Both the position numbers and the translations under genes were made by a program. This document shows positions 24,888 to 33,638 of a stretch of 64,000 nucleotides of DNA, one piece after another. The notes under the pieces were generated by a model that searched no databases, was not told the DNA's origin, and saw nothing but the letters and a program-made list of their open reading frames with translations. The stretch is from Patescibacteria group bacterium (GTDB lineage Bacteria > Patescibacteriota > Patescibacteriia > Patescibacteriales > JBAZCA01). The stretch lies in contig JBAZCA010000004.1 of NCBI GenBank assembly GCA_041671125.1, positions 23,029-87,028 on the forward strand, written 5' to 3'. Numbering within the stretch: position 1 is the stretch's first letter; each line of letters starts with the position of its first letter.

Positions 24888-25541
24888 ATGAAGTTAGTTA
24901 ATAAAAATATTTATTTCCGATTAGCGATTGTAACAGTTATTGCGGTTATTTTTATGTTAGCTTCTGTTTTTTTAATTAACAGCTTCAGACGTTGGAGAAA
25001 TGGACAGGTATTATCGCGAGTGGATTATCGGATATTTGCCTGTGGTAAAGAAATATTTCTTAAATCTGGGGAAGAATCGCCGGTCGGGAAAGGAAAAGGT
25101 TTATTTGCGCGAAGCGAACAGGGTAGCATTGTTGCTAAAGGAAAGCCGCGTTCCATCAAAGACATTACATTGCCAGCCTATTTCGGAGCTGCCGGAGGAG
25201 CGCTTGAATTTCCGACAGGAAACGAAAATACTGAAATATTTAGGGTCCCGACCAGCGCTGGCATGCGCGAATTTCGTTCGGGCGATCAGTGTAACGGGAA
25301 AAAAGCCAGTCTTCATGTGCTACATTACAGGGTGGATGCTTCAACAAAACCGTGGTCGGTTTTTAAGCGAATTTTTTGGAAATACCCTGATTACGTTTTA
25401 CAAAACAATTACGGCAAAGTTCCGCCAGGCGATTGTCTAATATTTATTTTTGATTCCGAAGATGTATTAGAGCGTCCCTGGCCGCGTTGCGCTTCTTTAG
25501 ATAAAGCCATAGCCGACGGGAGTTTGATTTTGAAAGAATAG
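24888..25541 (+). CDS. Hypothetical single-pass membrane protein (candidate immunity/partner protein)
   Basis: 217 aa. It has an N-terminal TM helix (FRLAIVTVIAVIFMLASVFLI). Its ATG lies 1 nt after the upstream stop. I recognise no family. Confidence 0.4.
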   Translation: MKLVNKNIYFRLAIVTVIAVIFMLASVFLINSFRRWRNGQVLSRVDYRIFACGKEIFLKSGEESPVGKGKGLFARSEQGSIVAKGKPRSIKDITLPAYFGAAGGALEFPTGNENTEIFRVPTSAGMREFRSGDQCNGKKASLHVLHYRVDASTKPWSVFKRIFWKYPDYVLQNNYGKVPPGDCLIFIFDSEDVLERPWPRCASLDKAIADGSLILKE

Positions 25542-25708
25542 ATCGTATTTCTATGTTTTAAAACTTTAGTAAAGGATTGATATTAACTCTTAAATGGTGT
25601 TTTTAACTTCTTCTAATAATCTGAACCGATAAACACAGGTTTGACTACGATACCTTTCAGAGCTCATGTAAATTTTCAATTGTTGATTTTAGATTGTCGA
25701 ATTAAAAG

Positions 25709-25734
25709 ACAGGGTTTTACGCCCTGTTTTTTAT
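25709..25734 (+). terminator. Terminator closing the two-gene module
   Basis: acaggg-ttttacg-ccctgt followed by TTTTTT. Confidence 0.7.
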
Positions 25735-25892
25735 TTAAGCAGTTATTTGCGCGTCCGGGATTATTCCTCTTTTTTCTCCCGGCCGGCGGCGTTCATGGCT
25801 GCGCATTCATTAAATAACCGGTTTTCGCGGGCGGTGCAGATGCTGTTATTATTAAGATGTTTTTTAGAAGCAAAGCTCAAGGCGGGCGAGAG

Positions 25893-25921
25893 TTTACAAA
25901 ATATTATCGGCATAATATACT
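25893..25921 (+). promoter_or_regulatory. Putative pur operon promoter (TTTACA-17 nt-TATACT)
   Basis: Motif and spacing match. It lies about 50 nt upstream of the purL ATG, which has an AGAGGA RBS. Confidence 0.5.
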
Positions 25922-25973
25922 AAAGTCATAAATTGCTTATTCAATTAATAAAGGTTGGTAAAAGAGGAAAATT

Positions 25974-28970
25974 ATGTCTTGCCGCGTTTACATAGAGAGC
26001 GCCATTCCCGACACCCGCGCCGAAGTGAAAAAAAATTACTTTAACAGCCTGGGGCTTAGCGTCAGGGTAAAAGCCGTCAGTCTGGCGGATTGCTACGTCA
26101 TTGATAAGGAGTTAGGCGGAGAACAGCTAAAAAAGGCCGGAGAATTGCTCGCTAACCCGTTAACCGAGCGAGCCGCGGAAAAACTTTTGGCTCCGAAAAA
26201 GTTTGACTGCGCCATAGAAATCGGCTTTCTGCCGGGGGTTACCGATAACGTCGGCGGAACGGCCAGGGAAACTTTGGAAGACGGCCTGAAAATAAAATTC
26301 GCGCCCGCGGAAAACGTATATTCGTCGCGGGTGTTTTTTGTTAGCTTTGAAAAAAAGCCCGGATCCGCTGAGTTGGAAAAAATTAAACTAAGCCTTTTTA
26401 ATCCGCTTATTGAACGGGCGGCGATTAAATTACCGGTTGATTTTAAAAAAGACGGCGGCATGGATTTAGTAATTCCTAAAGTAAAATTGGAAGCAAAAAC
26501 CGAGGTGACCGAAGTTAACCTCGCGCTAAGCGATCGCGAACTGGAGGCGCTCGGCAAGCTCGGCATAGAAAATAAAGACGGCACAAGGCGCGGGCCTTTA
26601 TCTTTAAGTCTTGATTACCTTAAAGCGATTAAAAAATATTTTGACGAACAGGGTCGGAAACCGACTGACGCGGAATTGGAAACGCTCGCCCAGACCTGGT
26701 CCGAGCATTGCAAGCATACTATTTTTGCCGACCCGATGGATGAATTGGAACGAGGCATATATAAAACTTATATCAAAGGCGCGACCGAAGCGATTCGGAA
26801 GAAAAAAGGAAAAAATGACTTTTGCGTTTCGGTTTTTACCGATAACTCGGGCGCTATTGCTTTTGACGAAAATTACCTTATTACCCATAAAGTGGAAACC
26901 CATAATACCCCCTCGGCTCTTGATCCGTTCGGCGGGAGTATTACCGGTATCGTTGGCGTGAATCGCGATTGCCTCGGTTTCGGTCTTGGCGCCAAACCGG
27001 TGATTAATATATTTGGATTCTGCCTGGCTAATCCGGATGATCGCACAGACTTATACCGCGATAAAGAAAAGAAACAGAAAATGCTTTCCGCCCGGCGGAT
27101 CATGGAGGGCGTGGTAGCCGGGATTAACGCCGGAGGAAACCAGTCCGGCATCCCGACCGATCTCGGATTTATTTATTTTGATCCCCGCTTCCGCGGCAAG
27201 CCTTTGGTTTTTGCCGGTACAATCGGAATTATTCCGCGTAAGATAAAAGGCCAGCCGTCGCATATTAAAAAATCAAAACCCGGCGACCTGATAGTTACCG
27301 TCGGCGGACGGATCGGGGCGGACGGCATTCACGGCGCGACGTTTTCTTCCGAAGGGCTCTCAGCCAACAGTCCGGCCACGGCCGTCCAGATCGGCGATCC
27401 GATTACCCAGAAGAAAATGTCTGACGCGCTAATTAAAGAAGCCCGTGATTTAGGGCTTTATTCAAGCATAACCGATTGCGGCGCCGGCGGGTTGTCCTCG
27501 GCGATCGGCGAAATGGCCGAAGCGACAGGCGGTTGTATCGTCAATTTAGAAAAAGCGCCTCTTAAATACCCGGGGCTCGCTCCCTGGCAAATCTGGATTT
27601 CCGAATCGCAGGAGAGGATGGTGCTTTCGGTACCGGAAAAAAATTGGCCCGCCCTGCGCTCCCTTCTTTTAAATCGGGGAGTGGAAGCCGAAGTAATCGG
27701 TAAATTTACTGACTCAGGAAAAGCCTCTGTAAAATTCGGGAAAGAAATTGTCCTTGATTTGGACATGGATTTTCTTCATAACGGCCGGCCGATAAAAAAA
27801 CAGGCAACGAAAAAACCCGCGCAAACGGATTCGTCTCTCCCCTTCGTAAGGGGAGGGAATAATAAAAAAAATTATTCCAAAGAAATTTTAAAGTTGTTAT
27901 CGCGATTAAACATTTCCAGTTTTGAATTTATTACCCGGCAATACGATCACGAAGTCCAGGCCGGCTCGGTTTTAAAACCTTTGCAGGGAGCCGGAAGAAT
28001 TAATACTGAAGCAACAGTTACCCGGCCGGTTTTAAATTCTAAAAAAGGCGTAGTTTTATCCTCGGCTCTTTATCCGGCTTTAAGCGAAGCCGATCCTTAT
28101 AAAATGGCCGCCAATTCAATTGACGGCGCGGTCCGGGCGGCGGTCGCGGCCGGGGCGGATATTGATAATCTCGCGCTTCTTGATAATTTTTGCTGGTCCA
28201 GCTCCGAAAAACCGGAAAGGCTTTGGCAGTTAAAAGAAGCCGCCCGGGCCTGTTATGATACGGCCGTCGCGTACGGCACGCCGTTTATTTCCGGCAAAGA
28301 CAGTATGTTTAATGACTTTAAGGGTTTTGACGCGGACGGAAAGCCGATAAAAATTTCCATTCCGCCGACGCTTCTTATTTCCGCTATCGGCGTTATTCCG
28401 GACGCGGTAGAGTCAATATCGCTTGATGCTAAAGTCCCGGGCGATTATATATATGTGATAGGCGATACGGGTAATGAAATGGGTAATAGTGAATATTCGA
28501 CCATGTTAAAATCCGGCTTGTCAGTTGAAACGGCCGCGGAAACCGGAACAGTTCCTGAAATTAATCCTGAAAAAAATTACCGAAGCTATAAAGCATTTTT
28601 TAAAGCCGCGCGAAAGAACTTAATCGCTTCAGCCATAAGCATAAGCCGCGGCGGACTGGCTGTCGCTTTGGTTAAAACTTTGGCCGGTGGACGGCTAGGA
28701 GGCGAAATCAGTTTAAAGGATTTGCCGGGAAACTGGAGCGAAAATTACCAGGCGCTCTTTTCGGAAAATGGCGGCAGGATTTTAGCGACCGTGGCGAAAA
28801 ACAAAGCAACGGAATTTGAAAAAACCATATCCGGCGCTTCTTTTTTCCGGATCGGCCGGGTAAAAACTGGCGCTGATGTAATAATTTTTAACAGTAATAA
28901 AAAAATAATTGCCAGTTTAAAGATTAAAGATATTTTAAAAGCCTATCGGCAAAGTCTCGGAAGCTATTAG
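25974..28970 (+). CDS. purL: FGAM synthase, large-type synthetase subunit without glutaminase domain (PurL with fused PurS-like N-terminal region)
   Basis: 998 aa. It contains ETLAQTWSEHCKHTIF, KVETHNTPSALDPFGGSITG and ITDCGAGGLSSAIGEMA. It has about 200 more N-terminal aa than small PurL. No purS ORF is present in the window. Confidence 0.88.
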   Translation: MSCRVYIESAIPDTRAEVKKNYFNSLGLSVRVKAVSLADCYVIDKELGGEQLKKAGELLANPLTERAAEKLLAPKKFDCAIEIGFLPGVTDNVGGTARETLEDGLKIKFAPAENVYSSRVFFVSFEKKPGSAELEKIKLSLFNPLIERAAIKLPVDFKKDGGMDLVIPKVKLEAKTEVTEVNLALSDRELEALGKLGIENKDGTRRGPLSLSLDYLKAIKKYFDEQGRKPTDAELETLAQTWSEHCKHTIFADPMDELERGIYKTYIKGATEAIRKKKGKNDFCVSVFTDNSGAIAFDENYLITHKVETHNTPSALDPFGGSITGIVGVNRDCLGFGLGAKPVINIFGFCLANPDDRTDLYRDKEKKQKMLSARRIMEGVVAGINAGGNQSGIPTDLGFIYFDPRFRGKPLVFAGTIGIIPRKIKGQPSHIKKSKPGDLIVTVGGRIGADGIHGATFSSEGLSANSPATAVQIGDPITQKKMSDALIKEARDLGLYSSITDCGAGGLSSAIGEMAEATGGCIVNLEKAPLKYPGLAPWQIWISESQERMVLSVPEKNWPALRSLLLNRGVEAEVIGKFTDSGKASVKFGKEIVLDLDMDFLHNGRPIKKQATKKPAQTDSSLPFVRGGNNKKNYSKEILKLLSRLNISSFEFITRQYDHEVQAGSVLKPLQGAGRINTEATVTRPVLNSKKGVVLSSALYPALSEADPYKMAANSIDGAVRAAVAAGADIDNLALLDNFCWSSSEKPERLWQLKEAARACYDTAVAYGTPFISGKDSMFNDFKGFDADGKPIKISIPPTLLISAIGVIPDAVESISLDAKVPGDYIYVIGDTGNEMGNSEYSTMLKSGLSVETAAETGTVPEINPEKNYRSYKAFFKAARKNLIASAISISRGGLAVALVKTLAGGRLGGEISLKDLPGNWSENYQALFSENGGRILATVAKNKATEFEKTISGASFFRIGRVKTGADVIIFNSNKKIIASLKIKDILKAYRQSLGSY

Positions 28971-29049
28971 GTTAAAAAACCGGATTAAAATCAAGGCTAA
29001 TACTGCTTGATTTTTAGTTTTTATCGGGGTATACTAAACATACATAATA

Positions 29050-29820
29050 ATGATTCATCCAAAAATAATTATTCTTTCCGGCTACGGCCTTAACTGCGAA
29101 GAAGAAACCGCCCATGCTTTTAATTTGGCCGGCGGCAAAGCGGAAATCGTCCATATTAACGACCTCGTAGCCGGAAGAAAAAAACTGAAAAACTACGAGA
29201 TACTGGCTGTTCCGGGCGGTTTCTCCTACGGCGACGATACTGGTTCGGGCAAGGCTTACGCCAATAAGCTGAAGAATCATTTAAGAGAAGAGCTGAATGA
29301 ATTTGTTTTAAAAGATAAGCTGGTAATCGGCATCTGCAACGGTTTTCAAATATTAACTCAGACCGGCCTTTTACCCGGGGCGCTTAAGACCAATAAGAAC
29401 GCGCGCTATCTTGACCGCTGGGTGGATTTGAAAATTTCGGGAAAGTCGCTTTGGTTAAAAGGGATAAAAAAGTTGTCCCTGCCTATTGCTCATGGCGAAG
29501 GAAAATATTTTGCCGATAAAAACATTTTAGCTGGGTTGAAAAAAGAAAACGGTATTGTCTTAAAATACGTTAAGGGCGAGATTTGCGAGTACCAGGATTT
29601 AGAGCCTAACCCTAACGGCGCCATGGAAGATATCGCCGGAATAACCGGTTACAACGGCCGGGTTTTAGGGCTCATGCCCCATCCGGAGCGCGCCATGTTT
29701 TTTCATCATCTGCCAAATTGGCCGGTCAGAAAAGAAAAACTGTCGCGCAAAGGTTCGCCGTTGCCTGAATATGGGCCGGGCATGAGGATTTTTAAAAACG
29801 CCATTGGATATTTTAAATAA
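29050..29820 (+). CDS. purQ: FGAM synthase glutaminase subunit PurQ
   Basis: 256 aa. It is a class I amidotransferase with GGFSYGD, GICNGFQIL and MPHPER motifs. Confidence 0.9.
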   Translation: MIHPKIIILSGYGLNCEEETAHAFNLAGGKAEIVHINDLVAGRKKLKNYEILAVPGGFSYGDDTGSGKAYANKLKNHLREELNEFVLKDKLVIGICNGFQILTQTGLLPGALKTNKNARYLDRWVDLKISGKSLWLKGIKKLSLPIAHGEGKYFADKNILAGLKKENGIVLKYVKGEICEYQDLEPNPNGAMEDIAGITGYNGRVLGLMPHPERAMFFHHLPNWPVRKEKLSRKGSPLPEYGPGMRIFKNAIGYFK

Positions 29821-29889
29821 TTGAATTTAACATTGACTGCCGGATGGCTTTCGCGCCGACAGCCTGTTTTATTATTCATCATTATAGCT

Positions 29890-31284
29890 ATGGCCAAAAT
29901 CGGTGAAAAATGCGCTGTGTTTGGGATTTACGGCAAAGGGCTTGACGTTTCCCGGCTGACTTTTTATGGGCTCTTCGCTCTCCAGCACCGCGGCCAGGAA
30001 TCATCCGGCATAGCGGTCGGGGACGGCAATGAACTTGACTGCTATAAGAACGCGGGGCTGGTAACCAACGTCTATAACGAGCGGATTATCAAAAGCCTCC
30101 GGGGCCATCTCGCCGTCGGCCATAACCGCTATTCCACCTCAGCCGGATCCGGGCTTGAGCACGCCCACCCGGTTGTAATTGATGATAAACTGGCTTTAGT
30201 TCATAACGGTAACCTGCCTTCGGTAGCGGCCCTGGTTGAATTCTTAAAATCCAAAGGCCAGCGAACCCGGGGCTATTCTGATTCGGAGCTGATGGCTTAC
30301 GCCATCCACTGGCACATGGAAAACGGTAAAAATCTTTCGGACGCGGTAGAGGCCGCGTTCCCTTTGTTTACGGGCGCTTTTTCCGCCCTGGCCATGACCC
30401 GCGATACGCTCGTGGCTTTCCGCGACCAGTGCGGCATCCGGCCTTTTGCCGCCGGAAAAATAAACGGCGGGTATGTTTTTTCCTCGGAAACCTGCGCTTT
30501 TAAATTGATTGGCGCCGAATTTTTGCGCGAAGTTAATCCGGGCGAGATTATTACGGTTAACGAAGAAGGCTTAAAATCCGTCCAGGCGGCTTTGGCTGAC
30601 CCGAAAATTGACATCTTTGAATTTGTTTATTTTTCCCGGCCGGATTCGGAAATCGCCGGCCAGCTGGTTTATGATGTCCGGCGTAATTTTGGCCTCACTC
30701 TCGCCAAAGAAAATCCTTTAGATATTGACGTGGTCGTGCCGGTGCCGGAAACGGCTATCCCGGTCGCCATCGGCTATAGCGCCGGATTAAAAGTTCCTTT
30801 TGAAATGGGGCTGATAAAAAACCGCTACGTCCACCGGACTTTTATTGAACCGGATCAGCACACCCGCGACCTCGGCGTTTTAATGAAATTTATTCCTCTT
30901 TCCAATGTCCTTCGCGGCAAACGGGTGGCGCTGATGGATGATTCCATTGTCCGCGGCACGACTTCCCAGAAATTAGTCAAAGCCATTTTTGACGCTGGAG
31001 CCAAAGAAGTCCACATGATAATAAGCTCCCCGCCTTTGGTTTATCCGGATTTTTACGGCATTGATACTCCGGAGCAGGGAAGGTTAATCGCGGCTCATAA
31101 AACCGTGCCGGAAATTTGCGAATTTTTAGGAGCCACTTCGCTATATTATCTTTCGTTAGAAGGTATGATCAGTTCCACCGGCCTGCCTGCCGACCGTTTT
31201 TCCACTTCCTGTTTTACCGGCGTTTATCCGGTTGATTTGCGCGAGAGAGTGAAAGACTATAAGAAACCGGAATATGGAAATTAA
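29890..31284 (+). CDS. purF: Amidophosphoribosyltransferase
   Basis: It starts MAKIGEKCAVFGIYG, a short propeptide before the catalytic Cys. It contains LQHRGQESSGI and the PRTase motif VALMDDSIVRGTT. I chose the ATG at 29890 over the TTG at 29821. Confidence 0.9.
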   Translation: MAKIGEKCAVFGIYGKGLDVSRLTFYGLFALQHRGQESSGIAVGDGNELDCYKNAGLVTNVYNERIIKSLRGHLAVGHNRYSTSAGSGLEHAHPVVIDDKLALVHNGNLPSVAALVEFLKSKGQRTRGYSDSELMAYAIHWHMENGKNLSDAVEAAFPLFTGAFSALAMTRDTLVAFRDQCGIRPFAAGKINGGYVFSSETCAFKLIGAEFLREVNPGEIITVNEEGLKSVQAALADPKIDIFEFVYFSRPDSEIAGQLVYDVRRNFGLTLAKENPLDIDVVVPVPETAIPVAIGYSAGLKVPFEMGLIKNRYVHRTFIEPDQHTRDLGVLMKFIPLSNVLRGKRVALMDDSIVRGTTSQKLVKAIFDAGAKEVHMIISSPPLVYPDFYGIDTPEQGRLIAAHKTVPEICEFLGATSLYYLSLEGMISSTGLPADRFSTSCFTGVYPVDLRERVKDYKKPEYGN

Positions 31285-31310
31285 GGTAAGTAATATGAGG
31301 ACAGTTTAAT

Positions 31311-31445
31311 TTTCAATTATCAATTACCAATGATCAATAAATTTTCAATTAACCAATTCCTAAATTTTCAAACGTTTGAAAATTAAATCATTGAAACATT
31401 GAAAATTTATTGAAAATTGAAAATTGATCATTGGTAATTGAATTT
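31311..31445. repeat. Nested inverted heptamer arrays between purF and purN
   Basis: The left array is tcaatta-tcaatta-ccaatga-tcaataa. The right array is attgaaa-attgaaa-attgatc-attggta-attgaat. An exact 18-nt arm, caattaccaatgatcaat (31321-31338), pairs with 31423-31440. A central perfect palindrome, ttttcaaacgtttgaaaa, sits at 31365-31382. Confidence 0.85.
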
Positions 31446-31450
31446 ATATT

Positions 31451-32170
31451 ATGCGTATTGCCATGCTCATCTCCGGCGGCGGAACGACGATGGCCGCTAT
31501 CTTAATCGCCGTTAAGAATGGGCGGCTAAAAAACGTGGAGCCGGTTTTAGTAATTGCCTCTAAACCTGATTCGCAAGGGATTGAAAAAGCCCTGAATCTC
31601 GGCATGCCCAAGGAAGATGTCATAGTCGTTAAACCCAAAGATTTTAAAACAAGGGAAGAATTCGGTCAGAAAATTATTGACGAATGTAAAAAGCGGAACG
31701 TGAAATTCATCGGCCAATATGGCTGGTTATGTCTGACTCCGGAAAATGTAATAAAAGAATTTGAGGGGATGATAGTTAATCAGCATCCGGGGCCGCTAGA
31801 TCCCGGGCGACCGGATTTCGGCGGCAAAGGGATGTTCGGCCGGGCGGTGCACTCCGCCAGACTGGAATTTGTTCATAGGACAAATCGTGATTACTGGACT
31901 GAAGCGACGGCCCACCGGGTAACGGCTGAATATGACCGGGGAGCGGTATTAAATATTGTTAAAGTATTGATAGAAAAAGATGATGACGTTGACGCGCTTC
32001 AGCAAAGGGTTTTGCCTTTTGAATATGAAGCGCAGATAAAAACTTTGCAGGATTTTGCCGATGGGAATATAAAAGAAATAATTCGCGCTGAACCGTTAGT
32101 TCGGCCGGAAGAATATGAAATATTGGAAGAGTGCAAAAAATTAGCGATAGAAAAATATCCTAAGGGTTAA
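31451..32170 (+). CDS. purN: Formyltransferase, probable phosphoribosylglycinamide formyltransferase (atypical PurN)
   Basis: 239 aa. It starts MRIAMLISGGGTTMAAIL and has an NQHPGPLD motif in place of NIHPSLLP. It lies within the pur operon. Confidence 0.6.
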   Translation: MRIAMLISGGGTTMAAILIAVKNGRLKNVEPVLVIASKPDSQGIEKALNLGMPKEDVIVVKPKDFKTREEFGQKIIDECKKRNVKFIGQYGWLCLTPENVIKEFEGMIVNQHPGPLDPGRPDFGGKGMFGRAVHSARLEFVHRTNRDYWTEATAHRVTAEYDRGAVLNIVKVLIEKDDDVDALQQRVLPFEYEAQIKTLQDFADGNIKEIIRAEPLVRPEEYEILEECKKLAIEKYPKG

Positions 32171-32180
32171 GCCGTTTTTT

Positions 32181-32326
32181 GTCATCCCGAGGAGGAACGA
32201 CGAGGGATCTAACCGCGCTAATCATGAAGATAAATTGAATTGAAAAAAATAAAAATTGTTTTGTTTGAAATTTAATTTGATAAAATCATTTTGAGCAATT
32301 AGATCCTTCGCTCCGCTCAGGATGAC
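32181..32326. repeat. GTCAT...GATGAC inverted-repeat element (long copy, AT-rich interior)
   Basis: The left end is gtcatcccgaggaggaacgacgagggatct. The right end is agatccttcgctccgctcaggatgac. Confidence 0.8.
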
Positions 32327-32339
32327 AATATGAAAATCT

Positions 32340-33626
32340 ATGCCTAAAATTTTAATCATCGGCGGAGGAGGAAGGGAACATGCTTTAGCCTGGAAATTAA
32401 AACAGTCGCCCAAGGTGGAAAAAATTTATTTGGCGCCAGGTAACGGCGGAACAGCGGCTCTAGGGGAAAATGTTTCCGTCGCTTCAACCGATCTTTCCGG
32501 GTTGGTAAAATTTGCCGAGGAAAATAAAATTGACTTAACAGTAGTCGGGCAGGATGATCCTTTGGCTTTGGGCGTGGTGGACGCGTTTCAGGAAAAGGGG
32601 CTAAGGATTTGGGGGCCGGCGAAAAAAGCGGCGCAAATTGAAGCGTCCAAAGCTTTTGCCAAAGATTTAATGGCTAAGCAAAATATTCCGACCGCGCAAT
32701 TTTCTACTTTTACCGATTATGATGAGGCGCTAAAATACATCCGGGAAAAAGGCGCGCCAATCGTTATTAAAGCCTCAGGCCTAGCTTTAGGCAAAGGCGT
32801 TACAGTCTGCCAGACCCTAGAACAAGCCGAGACCGCTTTAAAAGAATCCATGCTGGATAAGGTTTTTGGCGAATCAGGCAGTACTGTTGTTATAGAAGAA
32901 TGCTTAGTTGGGCCGGAATTTTCGGTTCATGCTTTTTGCGACGGGAAAAGTTATAAACTGTTTCCAACGGCTCAGGATCATAAGCCGGTTTTTGACGGCG
33001 GCAAGGGGCCGAATACCGGGGGGATGGGAACTATCGCTCCGGTACCGTGGGTGACTGAAGAAATTATGGATATAATAGAATTAAAGGTTGTTAAACCGGT
33101 TTTGGAAGGTTTGAAAAATGAGGGCACGCCTTTTGTCGGCCTTATCTATCCCGGGATTATGCAGACTAAGGATGGCCCTAAGGTGATAGAATATAACTGC
33201 CGCTTCGGCGATCCGGAAACCCAAAGCTATATCCGGCTGTTAAAGACCGACCTGTATGATATTCTTGACGCGTCGGTTGACGGAAAACTGGATGAAGTGG
33301 AAATTGAGTGGTATCCGGGGTTTGCCTGTTGTGTCGCTTTAGCTTCGGGCGGCTATCCCGGACCTTACGAAAAAGGCAAAGAGATAACCGGGATTGAAGA
33401 AGCGGAAAAGCAGGATGACATAATTGTTTTTCATGCCGGCACAAAACTGGACAACGGAAAAATCCTGACCGCGGGCGGCCGAGTTTTAGGAGTTACAGCC
33501 ACGGCTGACACTTTGCGTGGTGCCTTAGACAAAGCTTACGCCGCCATAAAACTTATTAATTTTCCCGGCATGCACTACCGAACGGATATCGGTCAGCAGT
33601 CGCTTGAGGAACAGCCCAATGCCTAA
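32340..33626 (+). CDS. purD: Phosphoribosylamine-glycine ligase
   Basis: 428 aa. It starts KILIIGGGGREHALAWKL and has an ATP-grasp core. It also contains EYNCRFGDPETQ. Confidence 0.92.
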   Translation: MPKILIIGGGGREHALAWKLKQSPKVEKIYLAPGNGGTAALGENVSVASTDLSGLVKFAEENKIDLTVVGQDDPLALGVVDAFQEKGLRIWGPAKKAAQIEASKAFAKDLMAKQNIPTAQFSTFTDYDEALKYIREKGAPIVIKASGLALGKGVTVCQTLEQAETALKESMLDKVFGESGSTVVIEECLVGPEFSVHAFCDGKSYKLFPTAQDHKPVFDGGKGPNTGGMGTIAPVPWVTEEIMDIIELKVVKPVLEGLKNEGTPFVGLIYPGIMQTKDGPKVIEYNCRFGDPETQSYIRLLKTDLYDILDASVDGKLDEVEIEWYPGFACCVALASGGYPGPYEKGKEITGIEEAEKQDDIIVFHAGTKLDNGKILTAGGRVLGVTATADTLRGALDKAYAAIKLINFPGMHYRTDIGQQSLEEQPNA

Positions 33627-33638
33627 CCGTGAAATATT

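Noticed and set aside
25742-25973. A purine, ZTP or PRPP riboswitch upstream of the pur operon.
   Set aside because: I found none of the conserved cores: no guanine-riboswitch UAUA...CUACC junctions and no ZTP CCGCCUGGGC pseudoknot segment. Only a plausible promoter is present. An Rfam scan would be needed to be certain.
31311-31445. A possible CRISPR array, suggested by the regularly spaced short repeats here and at 9838-9872, 22583-22676 and 46085-46240.
   Set aside because: The period is only 7-9 nt with no unique spacers. The repeats are inverted pairs forming hairpins. No cas genes are present.
32222-32413. 63-aa ORF containing VILSGAKDL, and other small ORFs reading through GTCAT elements (for example 54575-54820 and 56490-56705).
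   Set aside because: The peptide is simply the translation of the inverted-repeat element. The ORF spans intergenic repeat DNA and the start of purD on the opposite strand.
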